DNA of 64,000 nucleotides from Octopus sinensis (lineage: Eukaryota), in NCBI RefSeq assembly GCF_006345805.1, contig NC_043002.1:52514001-52578000 (forward strand), given 5' to 3'. Under the pieces are notes generated by a model. The model searched no databases and was not told where the DNA came from. It was given only the letters and a program-made list of their open reading frames with translations. Positions 26,261 to 38,928 of this stretch are shown here, in pieces. The translations under genes were made by a program, and so were the position numbers. Position 1 is the stretch's first letter; every line of letters starts with the position of its first letter.

Positions 26261-27244
26261 TACTTACATGCATTCGTGCGTGTGTGTGTATGTATATATA
26301 CATATATATATATGTGTGTGTGTGTGTGTGCGTGTGTGTGTGTGTATCCATATCGGGAAGGATTGTTTACTCGGATTGTTGGATCATGGGTTCGATTTTC
26401 GGCCGGGGCACCGCAAAGCAGGTTTCATTTCACGTTGCTCTGCGATCATTTCGAAATCTGACACGTGACACACTTGTGCGCAGGCTATGTCGAGTTGATG
26501 GAAGGAATGAGCTTCTATGAACACAAACGTTTGATCACCGTTAACATATCATCTATATGGCTTTCAGCAGGAAACTGCGTGAATTTGTGTGCAAGCGTGT
26601 TTGTGTGTCTGTTAACGCGTGTGTGTTTGTGTGTATGTGTGTGTGACCGTGTTTGTGTATACGTACATGCATACATGTGCTTCCAAGCAAACATGTTCTT
26701 GCATGCGCATGCATATACGTACATAAATATATCCACAGGAACACATTTTTCTATCTTCTCTGTTTAAACTATCAATCAATATATAAGTGTGAGTACGCGT
26801 GGTGCATTTATTTATATTTCTGTCTCTTTGCTGGTATATGCATTATTTGTCTATCTGTCTGTCTGTTTCAATCATTCAATCTCTCAATCTGATAAAAATG
26901 TGTTCTAGCAACTATGTACGTTAGGACCTGAAGCCTAGATTAAACTTCAACAAAAAAAATAAAAACGCATTTGAAAATTATCTGATTAAGACAAAGAAAA
27001 GGCAGATAATTTTTTGACAAAAGTGTAATAAACATTCAGAAAACTTTCAAAAAAAAAATAATATAAAAGTAACGTAAGGGAAAGTTAAAAAGCAATTTTG
27101 CAGACGAGATGGCGGAAAGAAAGCTACAAAGAAGTATTTCATAGAGGAATATGATTAAAATGAATTAGAAAAAATACTTACGCCATATATGTGAGCGTGT
27201 GTGTATAAGTCTGTGTTTGTATGTGTATGTATGCATGTATGTAA

Positions 27245-27283
<39 letters not shown>

Positions 27284-27589
27284 TTTATGTACGTGTATAT
27301 ATTTGTGCATATATATGTGCGTATATGTATATATAGATATATGTACGTGTATATATGTATGCATATATAAGTACGTATATGTACGTATATATATGTGTGT
27401 ATATATGTATGTAGGTATGTATGTATAGACGCATACATATATAAATATTCATACACACACATAATTTATGTACTTTCGAAAGAGATAAAAATATATGTGC
27501 GCCTGTGTGTTTCCCTATACAGAGGTATGAATATATATACATACGCGCAGAGAGAGAGAAAGAGAAATACATACATACATACATACATA

Positions 27590-27622
<33 letters not shown>

Positions 27623-27818
27623 ATATGTATGTATGTATATATATGTATGTCTGTATGTATATGAGCTGATATATCCATATGTGTATCAATGCATATTTTA
27701 TATGTATAATGCATGTTTATATATATGTAAAAATACATAAGCATAATATATATATATATAAACATATATACACATATATATTACATACATACATACGCAT
27801 ATATACATGTCGGTGTAT

Positions 27819-27857
<39 letters not shown>

Positions 27858-29065
27858 AGCGCATACACGGACTTAAACAGACATGACTATGTGTGCAGTT
27901 GTAATAGTTTATATGTAAAATATGAATGTGTATGTGTATGTATAATACGTATATATAGTATATGTATGTGTATGTATACATGTATATGTTTATGTTTTTG
28001 TACATATATATGTGTGTATATACATATATATGTGTGTGTGTGTTTCTGTACATATACATGCACGTATATCTTTAGAAGAGAGAGAGAAGAGAAAGAGAGA
28101 GAGAGAGAAAGAGAGAGAGAGAGTCAAAGGGAAAGAACAAAACATAACCAATAATGTTTAGTAATTCTATTGTTCTAGTTATTTCAATATTTGATGTTGT
28201 TTCTCTATATAGAAATAACTGATATTGAAGCTATGATATTTCTTTTTGTTTTTTGTGAATGTTAAAATTCCTGAATATTTGCTTTTAAAATCAATTTTAA
28301 CTGTTTTACTCTCTTACTCTTTTAATGCTTCCAATGCTTGCGCCGCGGCCATATTGGGCCACTCTTTTCAAAGATTGCAGTCGCTCATATCGGCTCCAGT
28401 ACTTTTTTCAGTCTGGACCTTTTTTTTTATCGATCATCGGTTTCATTACGGCATATGAAGGAACAAAGTATAAATAAAATTATTGATTTTTAAAGCGGCA
28501 TAAACTCAAATACAGACATACACATAATTAGGTATCTAAGATTCTGATAGACTAACAGACACATGTAAAAGATAATCCCGAATAAATATATTTATTTCTT
28601 TGAAATGTACTTTACTTTTCCTTTCCGTATGATTTGTGTAGAAATGAGAACAACGTAGCTGAAAACGAAGAAGGTAGCCAGACTAACTGTGTGATAGCAA
28701 AGTTTGCTTAGATGATGTATTAGTGGAGCCATGAAACTGTTGACAATTCCCCACTCCCATTAGTTTATTTGTCTCGATGCTTTTATATTTGTTTGGGTTC
28801 ATTTAGTGGTGTACATGTCCGGTTAGCTAATTTATTTATGTACATTTTGTAATCGTTTGTACATCTATAGATATGTATTGACTAATATTTATAAGTGTTT
28901 CTATAAGTGTATATGTGGATATATGAGCATTTTATGTGGCTATGTGAATACATATGTATATGTAAATATATATATATTTCTGGATGTGGCTTCTCACCCG
29001 CAAACCGTATCATATCATATATACATATGATATGATAACACATTTATAGGTAGTTACATGTATAG

Positions 29066-29214
29066 ATCAAAGCAGTTTGATTCAAACACCTTGGTACTCT
29101 GAGTTTCAAGCGTGTGGCAAGTCTTTGGCCATTGGGGTCAAACCCCAATGGCCGAAGATTAGCCACAGGCATGAAACTCAGAGTACCAAGGTGTTTGAAT
29201 CAAACTGCTTTGAT
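29066..29214. repeat. Foldback E (~73-bp arms) with a degenerate hammerhead-like motif
   Basis: Imperfect palindrome centred near 29140; right arm reads TGG-CCGAAGA..GGCAT-GAAAC-TCAGA-GTA-CCA. Confidence 0.7.
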
Positions 29215-29317
<103 letters not shown>

Positions 29318-29350
29318 TAGCAATAATAAATCTCATACATATATATGTAT

Positions 29351-29404
29351 CGGGTGAAGCCGACCGCGGGTGCAGATCTCGGTGGTAGTAGCAAATATTC
29401 GAAC
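29351..29404 (+). rRNA. 28S rRNA fragment (54 bp, non-functional)
   Basis: gggtgcagatctcggtggtagtagcaaatattcgaac matches the conserved LSU segment GGTGCAGATCTTGGTGGTAGTAGCAAATATTCAAAC. Confidence 0.8.
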
Positions 29405-29493
29405 TACATACATGTGTGTGTGTTCTTTTAATGTGGTACTGGTTTCAGCTAGAGGCCGGAGCTATGCTGGAGTACCGCCTTTCAATAAGGATG

Positions 29494-29585
29494 CGCTCGT
29501 AGACGGACTCAAACTATCGACCTTCAAATAACTTCTAAGGTTAACTCATAAAAGTCCGATGCTCTACGGACTGAGCTACATGCAG
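29494..29585 (-). pseudogene. tRNA-Lys(UUU) pseudogene with a 19-nt intron at position 37/38
   Basis: Reverse complement TAGCTCAGTCCGTAGAGCATCGGACTTTTA[TGAGTTAACCTTAGAAGTT]ATTTGAAGGTCGATAGTTTGAGTCCGTCTACGAGCG; acceptor, anticodon and T stems are disrupted. Confidence 0.75.
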
Positions 29586-30975
29586 AAAAGAATACATCTG
29601 CACATTTTTTTTTTTTTTATTTTTACAGTCAACTATATATTATATTTAATTTAAATCTTTCCGACGTACGTTTCTGTAGCATACACATCTCGCAATCGCA
29701 TTTGCAGCCCGTTTCCTTCATCTGGTTAAGCGTCTATGCAGCGTTGATTTAGTTAACATTATATTTGGTAGGGAACTATAGTATTTGAGTCCAAAGAATG
29801 GGAAAGGAATATTTGTAAACCTGGTACGGTTATAAAAACGGTTTGACCCTATAATGATCCTGACCTGGGTTTGGATTTTGAATCATTAATACTTAGAATA
29901 ACTTAGAATAACTTAGAAAGGTTTTGGCCAGTATTGGCCCAGGTCATGTCTAACTTAATAGCACCACCTGGCTTAGAAAACTAGATCATAAATCAGGTCA
30001 GAATATGTTTCACTCACTATGCTTAAGTGAATTACAAATTGATGAGCTTCAGGTCACTAAGTCATATATAACATAGGCATTTGAGATAAGTAGAACACAC
30101 TCATGAGGCCAATCTGAATCTTTATTTATATAACTCAAGTTTAAATATTTCTCTTCCATTCTTTGATAGACAAGAATGCTGCATTTATAGCTGTTGTAGA
30201 TGTTTACATCGTGTCAGCTCTGTATTATTATACTTTCGTGATAATACATGGTTAGTGTTTGCATTCTCGCACATATATGAACTTCTTAATGTAGTTTATT
30301 ATTGCACTGAATTTTTCCTTTCCTTTGTGTCTCCCTATCATTTTATACATGCATATATATAATCCACTGTCGGACTGTTATAACGCCCATTCCGGTATAG
30401 CAGTATAGGTCGTTAGACAAGATTATCTAATGACTGTCTACTCGACTGACACTCTCTTGACTTCCTACGTCACAGGCCAATTCTGATTTTTATTTATATA
30501 AATCAAGTTTAAATCTTTCCCTTCCATTCTTTGATTGACAAGAATGTTGTATTTATAGTTGTCGTAGGACAAGTGGAAAAGAAACAAGATTCATGAAAAC
30601 CTTTCGATCCATACTGTGTAATTTGATGTAAGTTAACGCGCATTATATGAAATTAATATTTTCTGGCTGACATACTTTGACAGAAAAAGTATTGATTCTT
30701 AGAATGTTTAATTAAAATGTCGCCATTGACTGATGCAAAAATAGTACGAAATAACAAGGCAGCATGTCAGCTATTGATATTATCGATATTCTATGATGTC
30801 TATAGAATCTATAGGATCGGTGAGGCTATGTAGATATTCTAAACTAAAGATGCGCTACAGTAGAATTTAATGTATGAATGTAGGGTGATATGTATAGCAA
30901 GAATAAATTTATAAAAGATGACTAATTGAATAGTATACATATATTATTATATGCATATAAACACATTTGTACATA

Positions 30976-31017
<42 letters not shown>

Positions 31018-32954
31018 TGTGTGTGTTTATATGCGGGAGTATATGTGTGTTTACATATATGTATTATTCATATGTCAGTGTATACATATATGTATGCTTG
31101 TCTTTATTTGTGACTGATAGAGCATGTACAACTATACCATCAATTTTTAAAACCAAACCGCAATTAAATTAACTGCCCAAATGTTATTTTCATCAACCAA
31201 TAAGATTTGTGAGATTTCAAATCTCTGTGCACTGTTTTTTAGAACGTTTATATCTATTTCATAACTAGTTATCTTTAAAAAATATAAATAATTGTCTTTG
31301 ATGTTGATAAGTGCATTACAAAGAAAGCAAACACTAGTGTAATTATTGATGTATGTTTTTTTAGTTTAAAATAATATATACATAGATATTATCAAAGAAT
31401 GGAAGAGAAAGATTTAAACTTGATTTTGTATAAATAAAGATTCGAATTGATTTTACAAGTAAGTTCTACTTATCTCATATCTCTACATTATATCTGACTT
31501 AGTGACCTATAGTCAATATATTTACAGTATATCTCACTTAGCGAGTTGAAGCTCACCAATTTGTAATTCACTGCATTGCGGAGTGTAGAAAGCAAGGTGA
31601 GACAAATAAGACACTTTGATAATCTACTGCATCCGTCTCCATTTCCAGCCGGCTTGATCTGGTCTTGCCAAGGAATTGAAGTTTGTCACTGTCGAAAGAG
31701 TGATGGTACGCAACTCTTCTTTAAGCAAAGTCATTAATCAGACTTCAAGACTTGGACCCAAATCCTAGGATGACTAGATTGTCCTCGTTGTTTCGATTGA
31801 TGAACTTCATCTTTTCCACCCAAGTTCGAATTCTCTTAAATTTAGAGGAAAGATAGGTGGGAGTTTATGGTATTCATACTCTCCACGAGAGTAGCATATG
31901 TTAACTTATAGACTTGAAGTCTGAGAGCTGGAGTGTTTCAATGTTTCACAAGGGAACACATATATTTTCTGTACACCATCTTTCCATTTAATTTTATAAT
32001 TATCTTGAAATAAAACTCCTAATTTCTAGATAAGCTTTCTGCATTGTTCTAGCTATCCCCCGTGGAAAACTGTTACTCTGATTCGCTAAACCTTAAAGTA
32101 CAAGCCTGCACTAGATACTAGCCTTTTAGAAGTTTAAAGACCACAAAAATAATTAACCATAGCTGTTTGATAAGTGAAATGTATGTGAGATACTTATAAA
32201 TGTATTTATTAATCGTCTTGTCATCCATGTTGATATAGTAACAGCTAATCAGCCGAAATGTCAGCACTTCAAGCGTTATGTCTGGTATTGCGTTGTGTTG
32301 AAAGTCAACAAACTTAAAACTCAATAACCTGTCCATCCATTTTTACTTAGAGTGGTATTATTTAACAATCTTAATACCAAGTAACACTATACGATCAAAG
32401 AGTTATGGGTTAGTTTGTACTTTTGAGTTCAATTGCATATCTTGCCCCAACCGAACGAGAACTTGCTAGAAAATAGCCTTATATCCCAGATATCACGCTT
32501 TCGCCTCGATAGAGTAACCCTATGTAAGTTAGCACCTATTATCGTGAGCATCAAAAATCCTACCGGAAATAATTACGTGATGACAAAAAGAAAATATTGG
32601 CTTAATGACAAATATTATAAATATTTAGCCTTGCACGGGAGACAACTCTAGGTATGTTAAGATCTTTTACATCTTTGCGATATTTAATTGCTGAAGTGGT
32701 GTGAAGACAATCAAATGGTAGACTAGTTCAAATTATAAATTAGCATAAATTAGCATAAATTACTTAGGGAAGTCATCTGCTTGAAAAACAAATATTTCAG
32801 TATTTTTATTATTTTGTACAGGAAATATGAAATACTTACCGTTCATGCTACTGGATCGCTTTTTAAACGGAGTACAGACAATTGAATCGACTCAATATTA
32901 AGTTGGTACTTTTGTTCGCGAGTCTAGAAAAAATCGCTATTATCATTAGTATTG

Positions 32955-33140
32955 GTTTGAAATTTTTGGCGCAAGGCCAGCAATATCGAGGGAGGGGGTG
33001 AGTCCATTACATTGACCCAATAGCTCAAATGATACTTATTTTATCGACCACGGAAGGATGCAATGACAGAATTTGAACTCAGGACGAAATGCCGCTGAGC
33101 GTTTTGCCCGGAGTGCTAAAAGTTTTGCCAGCTCACTGCC

Positions 33141-33200
<60 letters not shown>

Positions 33201-33391
33201 TTTTCTACTCTAGGCACAAGGCCCGAAATTTTAGAGGAGGATTCCAGTCGATTAGATCGACCCCAGAACGCAACTAGTACTTAATTTATCGACCCAGTAA
33301 GGATGAAAGGCAAATTCGACCTCGGCGAACGTAAAGCCAGACGAAATACTGCTAAGCATTTCGCTCAGCGTGCTAACGTTTCTGCCAGCTA
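32955..33391 (-). mobile_element. Two SINE family 1 copies separated by (AAT)n
   Basis: Family 1 motifs at 32955-33142 and 33205-33391. Confidence 0.8.
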
Positions 33392-33393
33392 GC

Positions 33394-33457
<64 letters not shown>

Positions 33458-34004
33458 TGCAGTACCAGGCAGTGGTTCTCATGGCTTCTGATCTTAACTG
33501 ATTGGAAGTGTTATCATGTACATTGTTTTATCTTGGTATAAAAGATGGGCTACAGCAAATATTCTGCTCAATACCACAGATTTACTTGTCATTTGCTTGA
33601 CCTTAACCGGTTGAGCATGTCCCTTAGTAGCTGACGATATGTGCATCTCTGATCAAGAGCAGAGGTAGTGGGAGAGCATCATAGCCATGTTTTGAGATGG
33701 ATACTTTGGGGTTTGAATAATTCACCTCTGGAAACATGGGTGGTTCGTACAACATCCTTAAACAACCCTTATTCAGGGACCTTTCGAGCGGGATGGGTTA
33801 TTCGACCAGAAGAAAATTCTAACTGGGCTCCACCTGCATGGTCATGCGCTGTTTATCTTGATATGAGATCACCATGTCGCGCACATATGGTTGTGATGCA
33901 TGTGCTTGGTGTACCCTTAACAGACGGGTAGTCATGATGGGTATACCGGGCTTCGTATATTTTACCCCAGTGTCACTTTGATGGCATGCGCTGCTCTCTC
34001 ACTC
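33458..34004. mobile_element. Unclassified ~550-bp insertion in a (TAA)n tract
   Basis: Complex, GC-richer sequence with sharp ends between two long (AAT)n runs. Confidence 0.5.
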
Positions 34005-34035
<31 letters not shown>

Positions 34036-34828
34036 TAATAATAATAATAATAAATAATAATAATAATACCAACAACAACAACAGCAATAATAATAATAAT
34101 AATCCATGGCCACAAATTTTAGGGCTGTCTGTAAAAGACAAAAATAAAGTTAACATTAGCAGGTTTTGTAAGTGAAGCGGCACTGCTAATCGATACTACT
34201 AACACTCTACTCATTCTCTAGCATTCTACTAATTCCCTGTAAAGCTATTAAACAACCTAATGAAAGAACCATGTATGAATGCATGTGTGTAAGTGTATGT
34301 GTGTATGTGTGTGTGAGGGAGAGAGAAAGAGAGAGAGAGAGAGAATGTGTTTATGAGTGTAAATATGTATGTTTTATCACTTCTGTGTCTAATGCTCAAT
34401 ATGGAAGCTCTTCAGAAAAAAACTCCGTATATCAACTGACAAACCGCATAAGCCCCTCTTTAGTTCCTATAAAAAAAACTTTATTGGAGAGATCAAATTG
34501 CACGAACACAATCCAGCATTTAAAATTTTTTAACAATACTTCGGGTTTTCTTTCTTCTGTTTTCATATTTGTTAACTTTTTAGATTTTATCTTCTTTATT
34601 TGCTTTACTTTTTGGGTTTGGCTTTATCTTCTAACGTGCACGCATGCGCACAGAAACTACCTCTTTTTCTGCTTCTGACTGTAATAATTCTTTGAACACC
34701 ATTGACCATCGACATCACATCCATATCATTACTTAATCCATGTAAAATGGTCCAATAAAAGTGATGTATGCAATTACCTTTAAGCACTCTAAATATATTT
34801 TCCATTCGAACACACAATTTTCATCTAC

Positions 34829-35160
34829 TCTTTTACACGTTTCAGTCATTTGACTGTGGCCATGCTGGAGCAGCGCCTTTACACCAACAAATCGACCCAA
34901 GGACTTATTCTTTGTAAGCCTACTGCTTATTCTATCGGTTTCTTATGCCGCACCGCTAAGTTTCGGGGACATATACACACCAATATCTGTTGAGAAACGA
35001 TGGTGGATGACAAACACAGACACAAAAGCAAATATATATATATATATATATTGAAGTAGATAAATGAATTATCTTATTACGGATAATTCAAATGATAACC
35101 GATACCTGGGTAGCAAAAATCACAACAGAAAGGGCACGGTTGAAGTTACGACCATGGGGC

Positions 35161-35191
<31 letters not shown>

Positions 35192-35305
35192 ATATATATT
35201 GAAGTAGATAAATGAATTATCTTATTACGGATAATTCAAATGATAACCGATACCTGGGTAGCAAAAATCACAACAGAAAGGGCACGGTTGAAGTTACGAC
35301 CATGG

Positions 35306-35357
<52 letters not shown>

Positions 35358-35525
35358 ATATATGCACGATGGGCTTCTTTCAGTTTCCGTCTACCAAATC
35401 CACTCACAATACTTTGGTCGGCCTGAGGATTAAAGTAGAAGACACTTTCCCAAGGTGACACGCAGTGCGAGTGAACCCGGAACCATGTGGTTGGGAAGCA
35501 AACTTCTTATCACACAGCCACGCCT
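34829..35525 (-). mobile_element. SINE family 2 full copy with a nested insertion in its internal microsatellite
   Basis: 3' half at 34829-35030 and 5' half at 35365-35525. Confidence 0.85.
35051..35308 (-). repeat. Two identical 110-bp 3'-end fragments of element family A, separated by (TA)n
   Basis: 35051-35160 is identical to 35199-35308; the reverse complement aligns to 7364-7474. Confidence 0.8.
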
Positions 35526-36231
35526 ATTTATTTCTCTTTTTCGTTTTGAAAATGGGTGAGAACTGCCTTTTTTTTCACTTCATTTTTCTTTTTTCTTTAT
35601 TTTTTTACTGTTCATTCTGGTTTCCAAATGGGTGCCAATTAATCACTCTTGGCACAAAAGAAATAATACTTCAAATTTTGAAGCCTAGATAATTCCTGTT
35701 CGCATGTTAATGGTCGTTGAGGGATGAACGTGCACAAACAAAAGCTTTATTATCGTTCAACAACTTCTAAATAAACGCCCCGAGCTATCTGAAATGTTCA
35801 GTTCTAGCATTTGGCATCAATTACAGTAAATTTTCATTCCAGATAGCAAATTCCATTTCCAAATACTCAACCAAAGCCGGGAAAAAAAATTAAGCAGGAA
35901 AGCCAAAGCTCATAAATACACACATGGAGACAAACACACACGTACACACACACACACACACATACACACACACGCACACGCACACACGCACACGCACACA
36001 CACACACCACACACACATATATACATATATATATATTTCGAACAGAAAGTACTCAATGCGGAAGGTATGAAGTCTGAAACGCTTTTTTATTTGATAAAAT
36101 CAGTGTTTTACGGGATAGTCTAATCATTGAGTCAATACCCTTCAAGAGACCATATGCGTGTATTTGTGTGTACATATATACATACATACGTATGTACATA
36201 AATGAGTGAGTTAGTATATGTAAATATTCTT

Positions 36232-36900
36232 TCCTACTCTAGGTAAAAGGCCCGAGTTTTGGGGAAAGTGGGGATGCAGTCGATTAGATCAACCCCAGTA
36301 CGCAACTGATACTTAATTTATCGACCCCAAAGGCAAAGTCGACCTCGGAAAGGACAAACAAGGACAGACAAACGGATTAAGTCGATTATATCGACCCCAG
36401 TGCACAACTGGTACTTATTTAATCGACCTCGAAAGGATGAAAGGCAAAGTCGACCTCGGCGGAATTTGAACTCAGAACGTAATGGCAGACGAAATACTTA
36501 TTTCTTTACTACCCAGAAGGGGCTAAACAGAGAAAGGACAAACAATGACAGTCAAACGGATTAAGTCGATTATATCGACCCAAGTGCGTGACTAGTACTT
36601 ATTTAATCGACCACAAAAGGATGAAAGGCAAAGTCGACCTCGGCGAAATTTGAACTCAGAACGTAGCGGCAGACGAAATACCTATTTCTTTACTACCCAC
36701 AGGGGGCTAAACACAGAGGAGACAAACATAGACAGACACACGGATTAAGTTGATTACATCGACCCCAGTGCGTATCTGGTACTTATTTAATCGACCCCGA
36801 AAGGATGAAAGGCAAAATCGACCTCGGCGGAATTTGAACTCAGAACGTAATGCCTACGCATTTCGCCCGGCGTGCTAACGTTTCTGCCAGCTCGCCACCT
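36232..36900 (-). mobile_element. SINE family 1 with its body tandemly repeated at a 184-bp period
   Basis: gacctcgg anchors at 36341, 36452, 36636 and 36820. Confidence 0.85.
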
Positions 36901-37652
36901 TAATATGTGTAAATATTAATAAAGTGTTGAATAATAGAAACGGTAGAATAACTTATCAAATATCTTTACCTTTCTCAGCTCAAAAGCCTCCAAGATTAAT
37001 TCCTATCTCTGTCTATCCAGTGCCGAAAACCTAAAATGTACCGATAAAAACACTGAGAGTTGATTAAATCGACCATACTTCTTGTGCTATAAATCTGTAG
37101 CCTGCATCACGTCAATATGAGAAATCAATATTTTGTCTATTACAATTTTACTTTCATGATTTAATTTAAATGGCTCAAAGCAGCGGATGGAGGCTGACAA
37201 ACGCTGCTGAAGACATTGATACTAATGCTTTACTAGTATTTGATAATACTAATTCATTATCTAACACAGAATTTGATGAAACGGGCCGACCATTGATGTT
37301 CACACTTTAGGTCCAATCTTTAAAGCTTCGATACGTACTCGGCCAGGACACGTGGCTTTGAATTGTTAAGACATTGAGTTACTACGCCGAGCCACATCTA
37401 CCTTTCTGAGGTTTCCTGTCTGAATGTACGATACTGAGAGTAATTAGTAAATCTGAAATAATTAGCTGGAGTATAACTGATGAGTGAAGCGTTCAAATCT
37501 ATTGTAGATAAAGAGAAAGTTGTGCTTGGTAATTGAATTAGATGTTAGAAGGGATATTCACCGTAATAAAACATATGCTTGAAGGAAACCTTTATGATAA
37601 TGTTGCATCTGCTAGAAAAAGCAGCCCAACCTCCTTCAAATCACATCTTTTA

Positions 37653-38026
37653 TCTTTTACTTGTTTCAGTGATTTTACTGCGGCCATGATGGGGCACCGC
37701 CTTGAAGAGTTTTAGTCGAACAAATCGACCATCCATGGACTTATTTTTTTAAAGTCTAGTATTTATTCTATCGGTCTCTTTTGCCGAACTGCTAAGTTAC
37801 GGGGACGTATACAGAGACAGAGAGACACACACACATAGATATATACAGATACACATATATATATATACAGCAGGCTTCTTTGAGTTTCCGTCTGCCAGTT
37901 CTACGTACAAATATTTGGTCGGCCCGAGGCTAAAGTACAAAATTGCCCAAAGTGCCACGCAGTGGGACTGAACCAAGTACCATGTGGTCGGAAAGCAAGC
38001 TTCTTACCACATAGCCACGCCTGCAC
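37653..38026 (-). mobile_element. SINE family 2 copy
   Basis: Family 2 motifs in reverse. Confidence 0.8.
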
Positions 38027-38590
38027 CTAAACATCGTTTAAAAAAGAGCGAGGGCATTTGATGATTTAATCATTGGGAGTTTAGTTAAATCCTTTGCTCC
38101 ATATGTAGCTCAGACCACATAGATCCTGTTGGTTTTGAATTGTCATCGGTGCTTCTGTAACTTTGCCTCTTTTTTCTATGTAGAGATGGTGGCCCTACGC
38201 AAACCCATTGTTACTGCAGGTAAGAAGTGGTCCATACTAGTCTGGCCTCTATCCTTTGAGCTATCCAGTATGGGAGAGCCGACAGAAACTTGTGCTCTAC
38301 TGGCAAACTCCTCAGTCATTGCCGGACATCAGCTACCACACCACCTCAAGGTGAAATTTATTCCTAAAAATATCTAAACGTACAGGATGGCCATGGCTAG
38401 AATGTTTCATTTTATCACTTCGTCATGGGGAAGGATATTTTTTATGGCCGTAATCCTTCACAAGGCCTCTAGGTCTGGTGAGAGAGATGAAGATATTCTC
38501 AAGCCAAAGAGCTGGTCTGAATACTGGCCTGCTAAAATCTCCGTAAAATGCCAGCCACGTAGCAGTCGTTTCCAGCCTCTATGCGATTTC

Positions 38591-38928
38591 GGCGCATGGC
38601 TCAGTGGTTAGCGCGTCGAGCTTACGATCGTGAGGTTGTGAGCTCGAATCCCGGACCGGGCTGCGTGTTGTGTTCTTGAGCAAGGCACTTTACTTCACGT
38701 TGCTCCAGTTCACTCAGCTGTAGAAATGAGTTGCGACGTCACTGGTGCCAAGCTGTATCGACCTTTGTCTTTCCCTTGGATAACACTGGTGGCGTGGAGA
38801 GGGGAGGCTGGTATGCATGGGCGACTGCTGGTCTTCCATAAACAACCTTGCCCGGACTTGTGTCTAGGAGGGTAACTTTCTAGGTGCAATCCCATGGTCA
38901 TTCATGACCGAAGGGGGTCTTTACCCTT
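38591..38928 (+). mobile_element. SINE family 3, well preserved (tRNA head with A/B boxes)
   Basis: ggcgcatggctcagtggttag..agctcgaatccc, then gtgttcttgagcaaggcactttacttcacgttgctccagttcactcagctg. Confidence 0.85.
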
